A DNA stretch of 50,821 nt from contig DUSU01000099.1 of assembly GCA_012842425.1 (NCBI GenBank), positions 1 through 50,821 on the forward strand. Reading direction: 5' to 3'. The notes under the pieces are model-generated. The model searched no databases, was not told the DNA's origin, and saw only the letters and a program-made list of their open reading frames with translations. This document shows, in pieces, positions 42,651-50,821 of the stretch. The position numbers and the translations under genes are program-made. This DNA comes from Candidatus Fermentithermobacillaceae bacterium (GTDB lineage: Bacteria > Bacillota > Sulfobacillia > Fermentithermobacillales > Fermentithermobacillaceae). Position 1 is the stretch's first letter. Every line of letters starts with the position of its first letter.

Positions 42651-43406
42651 GTGTCCTGGAGGAGCGACCTTAGGGAAAGGATGCGTTCTACCGGCAGTGC
42701 CGGAAGGGCCATCGGCAGGCAGTTCCGAAGCAGCGCCCAGCGTGAACTCAGTAACGTAAGGGCCCTCCCACGGTGGGTTAAGGAGACGATCGTCTGCCTG
42801 TTTATCTTCGCCCTTCTTCTGGGCGCGTCAAAGGCAGATAAGGGTTTGGCTCTCCGCCTGGTCGGTTTCGCCAGGACTTCTGTCACGGCCGACATCACCT
42901 GGGAAGAGGTGAAGTCTTTTGCCGTAGGACTTCCCGTGAAACTTAAGGACCTCGCCTCGCTGGACCTCCGTAACTTCTGGTCCAGGGCGGTAACGGGGAC
43001 TCCCACCGAACTGGCCTGGCCCGTCAGCGGCGAGATCACTTCATTCTTCGGCTGGCGTCCCAATCCGGACTCGCCCGGCATGTCCCTGCACCAGGGCATA
43101 GATATTGCGGCTCCCAAGGGCACCAAAGTGGCCGTGGTGCTTGACGGAGTAGTTTCGAACGTCCGCCAGTCACCCCAGTACGGTCTTGTCGTGGAGATCG
43201 ATCACGGAGGCGGCGTCTCGACCGTATACGGCCATCTTGATTCTGCCCTGGTACAAGAAGGCGACAAACTGAGGCGCGGCGATCACCTTGGGACCGTGGG
43301 CGACAGCGGAAACGCCACCGGCAGCCACCTGCATTTCGAGGTCAGGAAGGACGGTATCGAGGTAGACCCGATGACTCTCCTGCCGCCCTTGGTGAAGGGT
43401 CCGTAG
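42651..43406 (+). CDS. Membrane-anchored M23/LytM peptidase at the SpoIVFA position
   Basis: TM helix IVCLFIFALLLGA, then an M23 domain with intact HQGIDI (HxxxD) and GNATGSHLHFEV (HxH). GTG 42651 follows GAGGTGG (42638-42644) by 6 nt. The ORF track starts at 42636. Confidence 0.8.
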   Translation: MSWRSDLRERMRSTGSAGRAIGRQFRSSAQRELSNVRALPRWVKETIVCLFIFALLLGASKADKGLALRLVGFARTSVTADITWEEVKSFAVGLPVKLKDLASLDLRNFWSRAVTGTPTELAWPVSGEITSFFGWRPNPDSPGMSLHQGIDIAAPKGTKVAVVLDGVVSNVRQSPQYGLVVEIDHGGGVSTVYGHLDSALVQEGDKLRRGDHLGTVGDSGNATGSHLHFEVRKDGIEVDPMTLLPPLVKGP

Positions 43407-43427
43407 TCCGGAGGCTCAGGAAAGGAA

Positions 43428-44354
43428 TTGGACGCAGTGTCCATCCAAGTGGCAAGGTTGGGCAACACCCGGGTCTGCTTCCACATTACATTCCTGCTCG
43501 CTGCGGTCATCTTGGTCTTCGCCGGCTATGGGCTCCACTTCCTTGTCTACGTTGGCAGCCTGGCCTTCCACGAACTGGGCCACATCTTCGCGGCGGCGCT
43601 CATGGGAGCAGAGGTCACTCAAGTTGAGGTATGGCCTTTCGGGGCCACCGCTAAGCTGGAGCGTTCGTGGCAATTGACGCCCCATGCCGACGGGATGGTG
43701 GCTTTCGCAGGTCCCTTCAACAGCGGCCTACTGGCGTCGGTGGCATCTGCCCTCCAGAGGGGCCTCATACAGTCGGGGAACCTCGTAACCCAGTCAACTT
43801 ACCCGCTTTTGGACCTCCTCGTCAAAGTGAACTTGGGTTTCTTCCTCATAAACATGATACCGTGCCTGCCCTTGGACGGAGGTCGCGTTGTGAGGTCAAG
43901 GCTTGCACTTAAGGTCGGGTACGTCGAGGCATCGCGAAAGATGACAACCTGGGGGCTCGCGGCAGGCTCTATCATCACGGTCCTCGGCTTCGTCGGGCTG
44001 GCCGCGGGGCGCAGCTGGTACGTCCTCGCCGTCGCAGGTCCCATAATCATATGGGGCGCCGCCAACGAGAGAGACAGCGCGGCCCAAGAGAAAATCATGG
44101 AGATCCTAAATCGCAGCGAGAGGCTCCGTCAAAGGCGCGCCATCCCCGTCGCGGAGATAATGGTCCCTCACGATGCCACCGTGGCCGAAGTGGTCACGAA
44201 ACTGATGCCTTCCCGCTACCACATAATACTCGTGGCCGGCCGGAACATGAAGGTCTTGGGACGCGTCACAGAGACGAAGCTCCTGGAGACCTTCTACGGA
44301 GGCGGCACGCACCTTCGCATGAGAGATATCTGGGAGAGGAACCATCCCGAGTAG
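43428..44354 (+). CDS. spoIVFB: SpoIVFB-like site-2 (M50) intramembrane metalloprotease with C-terminal CBS domain
   Basis: 308 aa. HELGH inside a TM helix, NMIPCLPLDGG second motif, and a C-terminal CBS-like region (IPVAEIMVPHDATVAEVV...ILVAGRNMKVLGRVTETKL). The start is TTG 43428 or GTG 43437. Confidence 0.8.
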   Translation: MDAVSIQVARLGNTRVCFHITFLLAAVILVFAGYGLHFLVYVGSLAFHELGHIFAAALMGAEVTQVEVWPFGATAKLERSWQLTPHADGMVAFAGPFNSGLLASVASALQRGLIQSGNLVTQSTYPLLDLLVKVNLGFFLINMIPCLPLDGGRVVRSRLALKVGYVEASRKMTTWGLAAGSIITVLGFVGLAAGRSWYVLAVAGPIIIWGAANERDSAAQEKIMEILNRSERLRQRRAIPVAEIMVPHDATVAEVVTKLMPSRYHIILVAGRNMKVLGRVTETKLLETFYGGGTHLRMRDIWERNHPE

Positions 44355-44497
44355 GGGAGCCGCAGGGCGAGATCGGACTCCTTCCGTGCTCTCAGGTGCT
44401 AGCATAGGTTATAATTCTTGTAAAGAGCTTTCGCCTCCACAATGGGTGAGAAGCGCACTGAGAGGATTGGCCGTATTCATTGCGGGACACGAGTTTT

Positions 44498-46372
44498 ATG
44501 GGTCCGTCGTGGGACGACCTGAAACGCCAACTGGGCAAGGTTGAGAAGCCTGCGAGATACGTAGGTGGGGAACTGGGAGCCGTCCGCAAGGACTTGGCTT
44601 CCGTGGATGTTGCATTTGCGCTGGCCTTCCCCGATGTCTACGAGGTCGGGGTGAGCCACCTCGGGTCACTTATCATCTATTCCATCCTGAACTCATTGGA
44701 CTTCGTAGCCTGCGAGCGAGTTTACATGCCCTGGACCGATATGGAGCAGCTCCTCAAGGATAAGGGGTGGCCTCTATTCTCCATAGAAAGCCGGGTGCCT
44801 CTGGCGAGCTTTGATATCGTGGGCTTCTCGCTGCAGTATGAACTCACGTACACCAACATCCTCGCCATGCTGGATTTGGGAGGGATCCCGCTCCGGGCAG
44901 AAGACAGGGGAGACAGTCATCCCCTTGTCATCGCAGGCGGTCCGTGTGCCATGGCTCCTGAGCCGCTGGCGGATTTCGTGGACGCCTTCGCCCTGGGTGA
45001 CGGCGAGGAACTGGTCGTGGACATAGTGCGGGTGTACAGGGATTGGAAGAAGGAAGGTGCCTCGCGGAGAGAGCTTCTCAAGAGACTTGCCGGAGTGGAA
45101 GGCGTCTACGTCCCATCGCTGTACGAAGTGGTGCGCGATGAAACGGGCACGCGCGCCGTTCCCAAGGATCTGGATGGGTTTAGGGCACCTCCCGTGGTCC
45201 GCCGGAGAGTGCTGAAGTCGCTGGAAGACGCGCCTTATCCTGACAAGCCCTTCATCCCACTCATCCCGCCCATCCACGACAGGGCGATGGTTGAGATATT
45301 CCGCGGGTGCGGCCAGGGGTGCCGGTTCTGCCAGGCCGGGATGCTGTACCGCCCGGTCAGGGAAAGAGAGCCGGAGACCGTGGATAAGCTCGCCAGGGAG
45401 GTCCTCAAGCACTCGGGGTACGACGAGGTATCGCTCGTATCGCTTTCGTCCGCCGATTACGGGTTCATCAAAGAAGCGGTGAGCCGCCTCTTACGGAAGG
45501 ACCCTTGCGGCGCGCGGGTCTCCTTGCCTTCTCTGCGGGTGGATTCGTTCTCCGTGGGCCTTGCCGAGATGCTCGGTTCATCGGCGACGAGCGGGCTTAC
45601 CTTAGCGCCTGAGGCGGGGTCGCAGCGGATGAGGGACGCCATCAACAAGCGGGTCACCGAGGAGGAAGTCCTGGAAGCGGCGGAGAGCGCCTTTTCTGCC
45701 GGATACTCCCACATTAAGCTCTATTTCATGATTGGGCTCCCCGGGGAAACCGACGAAGACGTACTGGATATTGCGCGGCTTGCCTCCCGTATCCGCGAGA
45801 TCGGGCGCAAGATGGGGAAGCGTCCGACTGTTGTCGTGTCGGTATCGGGCTTCGTGCCCAAACCCCATACTCCGTTCCAGTGGGAACCGGCGGTCCCTCC
45901 CGACGAGCTTAAGCGCCGCCAGCGTCTGCTCCGAAACGCTTTGCGCGGGCCCGGCCTGGAGTTCCGCTACCACGACGCGGAGCTTTCGGCCTTAGAAGCG
46001 GTTTTCGCCAGGGGGGACAGGAGGCTGGGCGCCGCTCTGGAGGCAGCTTTCAGGAAAGGATGCAGGTTTGACGCGTGGCCGGACCAGGTGCGTTTCGAGG
46101 CGTGGGCAGAAGCTTTTCGAGAGACGGGTATCGATCCCGCCGGTTATGCCTACAGGGAGCGCCCGAGAGATGAGGTCTTCCCTTGGGACCACCTTAGCTC
46201 GGGGGTGCGGAAGGCATTTCTATGGAGGGAGCGGGAGAAATCCCGTGAGGCGCTTACTACCTGGGACTGCCGCGAAGGCCGCTGCACGGGATGCGGTATC
46301 TGCGGCGATTTTGGCGTGGCCGTCCGTCTGGCAGGCGGGCGGAAAGGGCCGTCCTTTGAGGCAGGAAGGTGA
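44498..46372 (+). CDS. B12-binding-domain-type radical SAM protein (TIGR03960-like)
   Basis: N-terminal KPARYVGGE. Radical SAM cluster motif CGQGCRFCQAG (CxxxCxxC). C-terminal Cys cluster CREGRCTGCGIC. ATG 44498 is preferred over the ORF-track TTG 44480. Confidence 0.85.
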   Translation: MGPSWDDLKRQLGKVEKPARYVGGELGAVRKDLASVDVAFALAFPDVYEVGVSHLGSLIIYSILNSLDFVACERVYMPWTDMEQLLKDKGWPLFSIESRVPLASFDIVGFSLQYELTYTNILAMLDLGGIPLRAEDRGDSHPLVIAGGPCAMAPEPLADFVDAFALGDGEELVVDIVRVYRDWKKEGASRRELLKRLAGVEGVYVPSLYEVVRDETGTRAVPKDLDGFRAPPVVRRRVLKSLEDAPYPDKPFIPLIPPIHDRAMVEIFRGCGQGCRFCQAGMLYRPVREREPETVDKLAREVLKHSGYDEVSLVSLSSADYGFIKEAVSRLLRKDPCGARVSLPSLRVDSFSVGLAEMLGSSATSGLTLAPEAGSQRMRDAINKRVTEEEVLEAAESAFSAGYSHIKLYFMIGLPGETDEDVLDIARLASRIREIGRKMGKRPTVVVSVSGFVPKPHTPFQWEPAVPPDELKRRQRLLRNALRGPGLEFRYHDAELSALEAVFARGDRRLGAALEAAFRKGCRFDAWPDQVRFEAWAEAFRETGIDPAGYAYRERPRDEVFPWDHLSSGVRKAFLWREREKSREALTTWDCREGRCTGCGICGDFGVAVRLAGGRKGPSFEAGR

Positions 46373-46375
46373 CCG

Positions 46376-47029
46376 ATGAGAGTTCGCGCCGTATATGAAA
46401 AGGGCGATAGAGTTAGGTTTCTGGGGCACCTGGATGTCGGCCGGTGCCTGAAGCTCGCTTTGAGGCGCGCCGGTTGGCCGGTCGAGATGTCTCAAGGGTT
46501 TTCACCGAAGCCCAAGATATCTGTTTATGCGCCGCTACCGGTGGGTGTGGCCGGTCACCGGGAGTACTTCGACGCGGTCCTCAGCGGACGTCCGGATATA
46601 GGCGCGCTTGCCCGGACACTCGCCTCTTCGCTGCCCGAGGGCTTTGCCCTACACGAGTTGTACCCCGTCGGAGACGGTGAACCGCCGTTTGAGGAGACTG
46701 TGAAGGCCTCTCTCTATTCGGTGGACATGGAAGGAGTGGAGCCGGAGGCCATAAGGCGCGCGTTGGATGCGTTTCTGAAGGCGTCTCAGGTCTTGTTTGA
46801 CGTGGTGCGTCCCAATGAGGTGAAGACCGTAGACCTTAGGCCCTTTGTCCTCGGGGTCGGAGAACCCGAGGAGGCCGGCGCAGATCGCGTGGTATTGGAT
46901 ATGACGATCGCCCACGACAAGGGACGCACGGTACGCCCGCAATGGGTCATTGCCTCTCTAGCGGAGTTCGGTCTGAATGCAGATCCCAGAGAGGCCATTA
47001 TTGACAGAAGGAAGATCATATTTGAGTAA
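46376..47029 (+). CDS. Radical-SAM-linked protein (DUF2344 / TIGR03936-like)
   Basis: 217 aa. MRVRAVYEKGDRVRFLGHLDV...GFSPKPKIS is the typical N-terminus of this family as I recall it. The start lies 3 nt after the radical SAM stop. Confidence 0.75.
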   Translation: MRVRAVYEKGDRVRFLGHLDVGRCLKLALRRAGWPVEMSQGFSPKPKISVYAPLPVGVAGHREYFDAVLSGRPDIGALARTLASSLPEGFALHELYPVGDGEPPFEETVKASLYSVDMEGVEPEAIRRALDAFLKASQVLFDVVRPNEVKTVDLRPFVLGVGEPEEAGADRVVLDMTIAHDKGRTVRPQWVIASLAEFGLNADPREAIIDRRKIIFE

Positions 47030-49334
47030 CTCTTTAGATAATCCGAGCAACAGGCCCACGAACGGGCCTTCTCACGACACGTCGGGCGAGTCTTTGGTAG
47101 AGCCTTCTGACGAGAGGCCGGCGCACACACAGGACTTGGGAGACCCGGGGGACGAGGTTGGCGAGAAGAAGCCTTCCGGAAAGAAGCGTTCTTCCAGGAG
47201 ATACGTCCGGAAGCGTTCGTCCCGCAAGAAACCTGTCCCTACAGAATCTTCTGTCCCGGCACCTTCCGAGCAAGCGACTCCTGCCACGGGACCTTCCGAA
47301 GCGGCATTTCCAGAACCGGGTGAAGGCGCCACTCAGAGTACGGTGCAGTTTGAGTCCTCTGTAGAAAAACCTAATGAAGAGGTCTATGAAGGGCCCTATG
47401 TAGAGGTCCGTGCAGAGACTCATGGAGAGGCTCGAGAGACTCACGGAGACACACACGGAGACACTCATGGAGAGACCGCTCATGACGGATATGATGAACG
47501 GTTTGAGGTTTTCGAGGAGGAGTTTGTCCCCAGCCGCAAACCTGGAAAAAGAAAAGCCCCGAAGTCCCGGAAGATGGCTCCAAAGAAAGCAAACGGGGCG
47601 ATCCAGTCCCACGCCGAGCCTTCCCGTCCGAACCGCGAGATCCTGGTAAGCGCCGCGAGCGACGAGACCAGGGTGGCGGTTGTGGAGGACGGCGTTGTTG
47701 TCGAGTTTTACGTCGAGAGGCCCACCAGTCAGAAGATTGCAGGGAGCATTTTCCTAGGGCGTGCCATGAACGTTTTACCGGGCATGCAGGCTGCGTTCAT
47801 TGACATAGGCGAGGAGAAGAACGCCTTCCTTTATGTTGACGATGCCTTGCTTCCCCCGAACCTCGACGACTCAGATGAAGAGCTTCCGATAAATAGGAGA
47901 AGGAATAGGAGCATCACCGAGCTCGTGAAGCAAGGCCAGGACATCATGGTCCAGGTTGTTAAAGAGGCCATAGGGACCAAGGGTGCCCGCGTTACGTGCC
48001 ACGTCACCTTTCCCGGACGGTACCTTGTCCTAATGCCCACAGTGAACTACACCGGAGTCTCCCGCAGGATCACAGATGAGGAAGAAAGGCAGCGCCTCAG
48101 GAGGATCGCGAGATCCATAAAGCCCAAGGACATGGGGCTTATCATCCGCACGGTGGCCCTAGGGAAGTCCGAGGAAGAGCTGAAGCGCGACCTCGACTTC
48201 CTCCTCAAAGTGTGGGAGAAAGTCCAAAAGAGGGCGCGTTCTGCCAAGGCCCCCGCGCTCATCCATCAAGACCTGGGGCTGGTCTTCCGCGTCGTGAGAG
48301 ACGAGCTTAACCAGAACACAACAAGGCTCCTCGTGGACGACGTCCACACCTACGGGAAGATCCTGGACCTCTTGGACTCGGTCTCTCCCGAGATGAAAGA
48401 CCGCGTCATCTTCTACAGGGATAGGGAGTACCCGCTCTTCCAGCTCTACGGAGTGGACGCCGCAATCGACAAGGCGCTGCAGCGTCAGGTATGGCTGAAG
48501 TCCGGCGGCTACTTGGTCATCGACAGGACCGAGGCGCTCACGGTCATCGACGTGAATACCGGAAGGTTTGTCGGGAACAAGAACCTGTCCGACACCGTGT
48601 TCAAGATCAACATCGAAGCCTGCAAGGAGATCGCCAGGCAGCTCCGCCTGCGCGATATAGGCGGAATCATCGTGGTGGACTTCATCGATATGGAAGTCCC
48701 TGCGCACCGGCAGAAGCTCCTCGAGGAACTGGAGAAAGAACTCAGGCGGGACCACACAAAAACGGTGGTGGTGGGCCTCACCGGGCTCGGGCTTGTTGAG
48801 ATCACGAGGAAAAAGGTCCGCCAGAGCATCGACGCCACCATGATGAGGATGTGCCCATATTGCGGAGGAAAGGGCACCGTGATGTCCGAGGAGACGGTAG
48901 CCGCCAGAGTGCGGAGAGAGATTAGAAGAGTCCTGGCGAACTCAAGTTGCGAAGCCATTCTGGTCGAAGTGAACCCCGGCGTCGCTTCCTATTTGATAGG
49001 TCCGGGCGGCCAAAACCTCAGGGAACTCGAGAAGGAGACCGGCCGGAGCATATTCATAAGGGGCGCGGAAGGGCTGCACCTAGAGGAGATGAACGTGAAG
49101 GCTATCGGCACGAAGGAGGAGATAGCCGAGAAGGCCATCCCCGTGCACATGGGAGAGATCCTCGAGGTCGTCGTGGAAGAGCAACATGACAAGAACCCTT
49201 CCGACGGGATAGCCAGACGAGAGGGTTATGTGATCGACATCGAGAGCGCCGGAGACAAGGTGGGCCAGAAGGTTTCCGTCCAGATAACCGCCTGTCACCG
49301 CACCTACGCAAAGGCGCGGCTCATCGTTTCTTGA
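46977..49334 (+). CDS. rng: Ribonuclease E/G family endoribonuclease with a ~215-aa low-complexity N-terminal extension
   Basis: S1 domain GSIFLGRAMNVLPGMQAAFIDIG, catalytic-core GGIIVVDFIDM, Zn-link-like CPYCGGKG. The start is uncertain: ATG 46977 lies inside the upstream gene, while TTG 47022 follows GAAGGAAG by 7 nt. Confidence 0.9.
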   Translation: MQIPERPLLTEGRSYLSNSLDNPSNRPTNGPSHDTSGESLVEPSDERPAHTQDLGDPGDEVGEKKPSGKKRSSRRYVRKRSSRKKPVPTESSVPAPSEQATPATGPSEAAFPEPGEGATQSTVQFESSVEKPNEEVYEGPYVEVRAETHGEARETHGDTHGDTHGETAHDGYDERFEVFEEEFVPSRKPGKRKAPKSRKMAPKKANGAIQSHAEPSRPNREILVSAASDETRVAVVEDGVVVEFYVERPTSQKIAGSIFLGRAMNVLPGMQAAFIDIGEEKNAFLYVDDALLPPNLDDSDEELPINRRRNRSITELVKQGQDIMVQVVKEAIGTKGARVTCHVTFPGRYLVLMPTVNYTGVSRRITDEEERQRLRRIARSIKPKDMGLIIRTVALGKSEEELKRDLDFLLKVWEKVQKRARSAKAPALIHQDLGLVFRVVRDELNQNTTRLLVDDVHTYGKILDLLDSVSPEMKDRVIFYRDREYPLFQLYGVDAAIDKALQRQVWLKSGGYLVIDRTEALTVIDVNTGRFVGNKNLSDTVFKINIEACKEIARQLRLRDIGGIIVVDFIDMEVPAHRQKLLEELEKELRRDHTKTVVVGLTGLGLVEITRKKVRQSIDATMMRMCPYCGGKGTVMSEETVAARVRREIRRVLANSSCEAILVEVNPGVASYLIGPGGQNLRELEKETGRSIFIRGAEGLHLEEMNVKAIGTKEEIAEKAIPVHMGEILEVVVEEQHDKNPSDGIARREGYVIDIESAGDKVGQKVSVQITACHRTYAKARLIVS

Positions 49335-49360
49335 CATGGTTTTGGGCAGCGTGCTAGACT
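49331..49360 (+). promoter_or_regulatory. Candidate sigma-A promoter for rplU-prp-rpmA
   Basis: TTGACA (49331-49336, overlapping the rng stop), 18 nt, TAGACT (49355-49360). 44 nt upstream of the rplU TTG start. Confidence 0.4.
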
Positions 49361-49403
49361 GTAACGGTATCTTTGTAGCTATGGTTAGTAGGGGGTTTCC
49401 ACG

Positions 49404-49739
49404 TTGTACGCTATAGTTGAGACAGGCGGGAAGCAGTATAAAGTCTCTCCCGGAGAGATAGTCAGAGTCGAGAAGCTTCCGGGGACCCGCGGCGATTCCC
49501 TCGTATTTGAGAAAGTGCTGGCCGTTTCTGATAACGGGAGCTTGAGAGTGGGCAACCCCTATCTGGAAGGGACCACCGTCAAAGGGACGATCGTTCGCCA
49601 GGGCAAGGCAAGGAAGGTCCTGGTTTTCAAGTACAGGGCGAAGACGAACTACCGGCGGCGCTACGGCCACAGGCAGCAGTTCACCGAGGTAAGGGTGGAC
49701 TCTGTCGAAGGGAATGCTACGGGCACGGCTGATTCGTAA
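49404..49739 (+). CDS. rplU: 50S ribosomal protein L21
   Basis: MYAIVETGGKQYKV...VFKYRAKTNYRRRYGHRQ. TTG start 8 nt after GGGGG. Confidence 0.95.
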   Translation: MYAIVETGGKQYKVSPGEIVRVEKLPGTRGDSLVFEKVLAVSDNGSLRVGNPYLEGTTVKGTIVRQGKARKVLVFKYRAKTNYRRRYGHRQQFTEVRVDSVEGNATGTADS

Positions 49740-50061
49740 GGCCCCGCCGGGAGGTCCCGGCCGCGCAGTCCTCTGCGGCTACGTCCTAGCAGGGCACGCC
49801 GGGTACGAGAAGTATGGTTCCGACATCGTATGCGCGGCGGTTTCGGCCATAGCCCAGACAGTCCTGTTCGCTCTTCAGGATATCCTGGGCGAGGACCAAG
49901 TGGTTTGCAAGGTTGAAGAAGGCGACATGCGGGTGAGCATCACGCCGGAAAAAGCCCTCGAGGATGGGCCCAAGGCCCTCCTGAGAGCTCTAGAGATCGG
50001 GCTGACATCGATTGCCCACAGTTACCCGCAGTCCGTGAGTATTGACGACACTGGGCGTTGA
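49714..50061 (+). CDS. prp: Ribosomal-processing cysteine protease Prp (YsxB family)
   Basis: [19 protein letters not shown] carries the His/Cys dyad context of Prp. Located between rplU and rpmA. Confidence 0.85.
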   Translation: MLRARLIRKAPPGGPGRAVLCGYVLAGHAGYEKYGSDIVCAAVSAIAQTVLFALQDILGEDQVVCKVEEGDMRVSITPEKALEDGPKALLRALEIGLTSIAHSYPQSVSIDDTGR

Positions 50062-50081
50062 ACGGTAAGGAGGGAAGTCGG

Positions 50082-50405
50082 ATGATGCGCATGGATCTTC
50101 AGCTGTTTGCTCATAAGAAGGGAGTAGGTAGCTCCAGGAACGGACGTGACTCCAAGCCGAAGATGCTCGGCGTCAAGACCTATGACGGAGAGTTCGTGAC
50201 GGCAGGCAGCATCATAGTCCGTCAGAGGGGCACCAGGATCCATCCCGGTCAGAACGTCGGTATGGGCAAGGACCACACCCTGTTCGCGAAGATCGACGGC
50301 TTTGTATCCTTCGGTCGCAAGGGCCGGGAAGATAGAATAGTGTCCGTGCTTGCCGGAGTACCCGAGATGGCGGCAGAGGCAGCCGGCAACGGAGACAGGG
50401 ACTGA
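50082..50405 (+). CDS. rpmA: 50S ribosomal protein L27 with an N-terminal propeptide
   Basis: [27 protein letters not shown] 50082 follows AAGGAGG (50067-50073) by 8 nt. The ORF track starts at TTG 50058. Confidence 0.93.
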   Translation: MMRMDLQLFAHKKGVGSSRNGRDSKPKMLGVKTYDGEFVTAGSIIVRQRGTRIHPGQNVGMGKDHTLFAKIDGFVSFGRKGREDRIVSVLAGVPEMAAEAAGNGDRD

Positions 50406-50433
50406 TATTTTTTCCTGAGAACTTAGGGAGATG

Positions 50434-50459
50434 AGCGGCGGAAGATTTCCGCCGCTTTT
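50434..50459 (+). terminator. Rho-independent terminator/attenuator between rpmA and obg
   Basis: AGCGGCGGAA (50434-50443) pairs with TTCCGCCGCT (50447-50456) around a 3-nt loop, running into TTTT (50456-50459). Confidence 0.65.
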
Positions 50460-50487
50460 CACGCTCTTAGGGACGGGAGGATGAGGT

Positions 50488-50821
50488 GTGACTTCGCGGT
50501 TCATAGATAAGGTCATAGTGAACGTGAAGGCCGGCGACGGCGGCGATGGCTGCGTGTCTTTCCGCAGGGAAAAGTACATACCGAGAGGCGGTCCCAACGG
50601 CGGTGACGGTGGTGACGGCGGCAACGTAATCTTGCGGGTTGACCCGGGGATGAACACCCTGTACGACTTCCGCTACAGGCCGAACCTCAAAGCCAAGAAC
50701 GGCCGGAACGGCATGGGAGATATGCGGGCCGGCAAGAGAGGCGACGACCTCATCGTCAAAGTGCCCCCGGGTACCACGGTGCGGGACGCCGATACCGGCG
50801 AGCTGATCGCGGATCTGGTCG
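50488..50821 (+). CDS. obg: GTPase Obg, N-terminal part (runs off the window)
   Basis: The GTG start follows GGGAGG by 7 nt. [45 protein letters not shown] is the glycine-rich Obg fold. The frame is open to the window end and is not in the ORF track because it has no stop. Confidence 0.9.
   Translation, partial: MTSRFIDKVIVNVKAGDGGDGCVSFRREKYIPRGGPNGGDGGDGGNVILRVDPGMNTLYDFRYRPNLKAKNGRNGMGDMRAGKRGDDLIVKVPPGTTVRDADTGELIADLV

Noticed and set aside
46977-47029. 53-nt overlap between the DUF2344-like gene and the RNase E/G ORF, considered as a possible programmed frameshift or fusion
   Set aside because: A TTG with a good RBS at 47022 gives an ordinary 8-nt overlap, so no slippery sequence needs to be invoked.
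50022-50657. 211-aa minus-strand ORF spanning rpmA and the obg start
   Set aside because: It overlaps two universally conserved genes in antisense and crosses a terminator hairpin, so it is spurious.

Overview
This is a 50.8-kb chromosomal segment, high-GC (about 60% by eye) and almost fully coding. It looks like a spore-forming, S-layer-bearing Firmicutes/Clostridia-like bacterium, judging from an SLH protein, a SpoIVFB-type protease, a Prp-processed L27 and a Cys-rich coat-like protein. Gene order is as follows. (1) SLH/beta-helix surface protein. (2) CpsB/YwqE-type PHP tyrosine phosphatase. (3) Chemotaxis operon cheW-cheA-cheC-cheD-cheY-cheB-cheR-cheX, with no receptor gene. (4) Membrane-anchored glycoside-hydrolase-like protein. 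(5) A repeat-rich 0.5-kb spacer. (6) A 190-aa Cys-rich protein. (7) guaB on the minus strand. (8) M20 amidohydrolase. (9) A 12-kb co-directional block at 17.0-29.2 kb, built from two paralogous modules [MacB-type ABC ATPase / GlmL(MutL)-type ASKHA ATPase / uncharacterised barrel-sandwich + KOW-like protein] plus two FtsX-type permeases and an XRE-HTH/TPR regulator. (10) A PspC-domain gene on the minus strand. (11) hpt-purE-purF-purM-purN-purH-purD-queT. (12) A NusG-domain-II gene on the minus strand. (13) A four-gene operon of uncharacterised membrane proteins with an A-B-A'-B' pattern at 38.2-41.3 kb. (14) Two minus-strand genes (Nudix-like, hypothetical). (15) M23 peptidase plus a SpoIVFB-like M50/CBS protease. 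(16) B12-type radical SAM gene plus its linked DUF2344-like gene. (17) RNase E/G. (18) rplU-prp-rpmA and the 5' end of obg. I saw no rRNA, tRNA, CRISPR array, transposase or integrase. The best candidates for undescribed biology are the duplicated ABC/GlmL/BSH-KOW block and the four-gene membrane operon. All calls come from reading the ORF translations and the DNA by eye. No database search or statistics were run, so family names are recognition-based and start codons are provisional.
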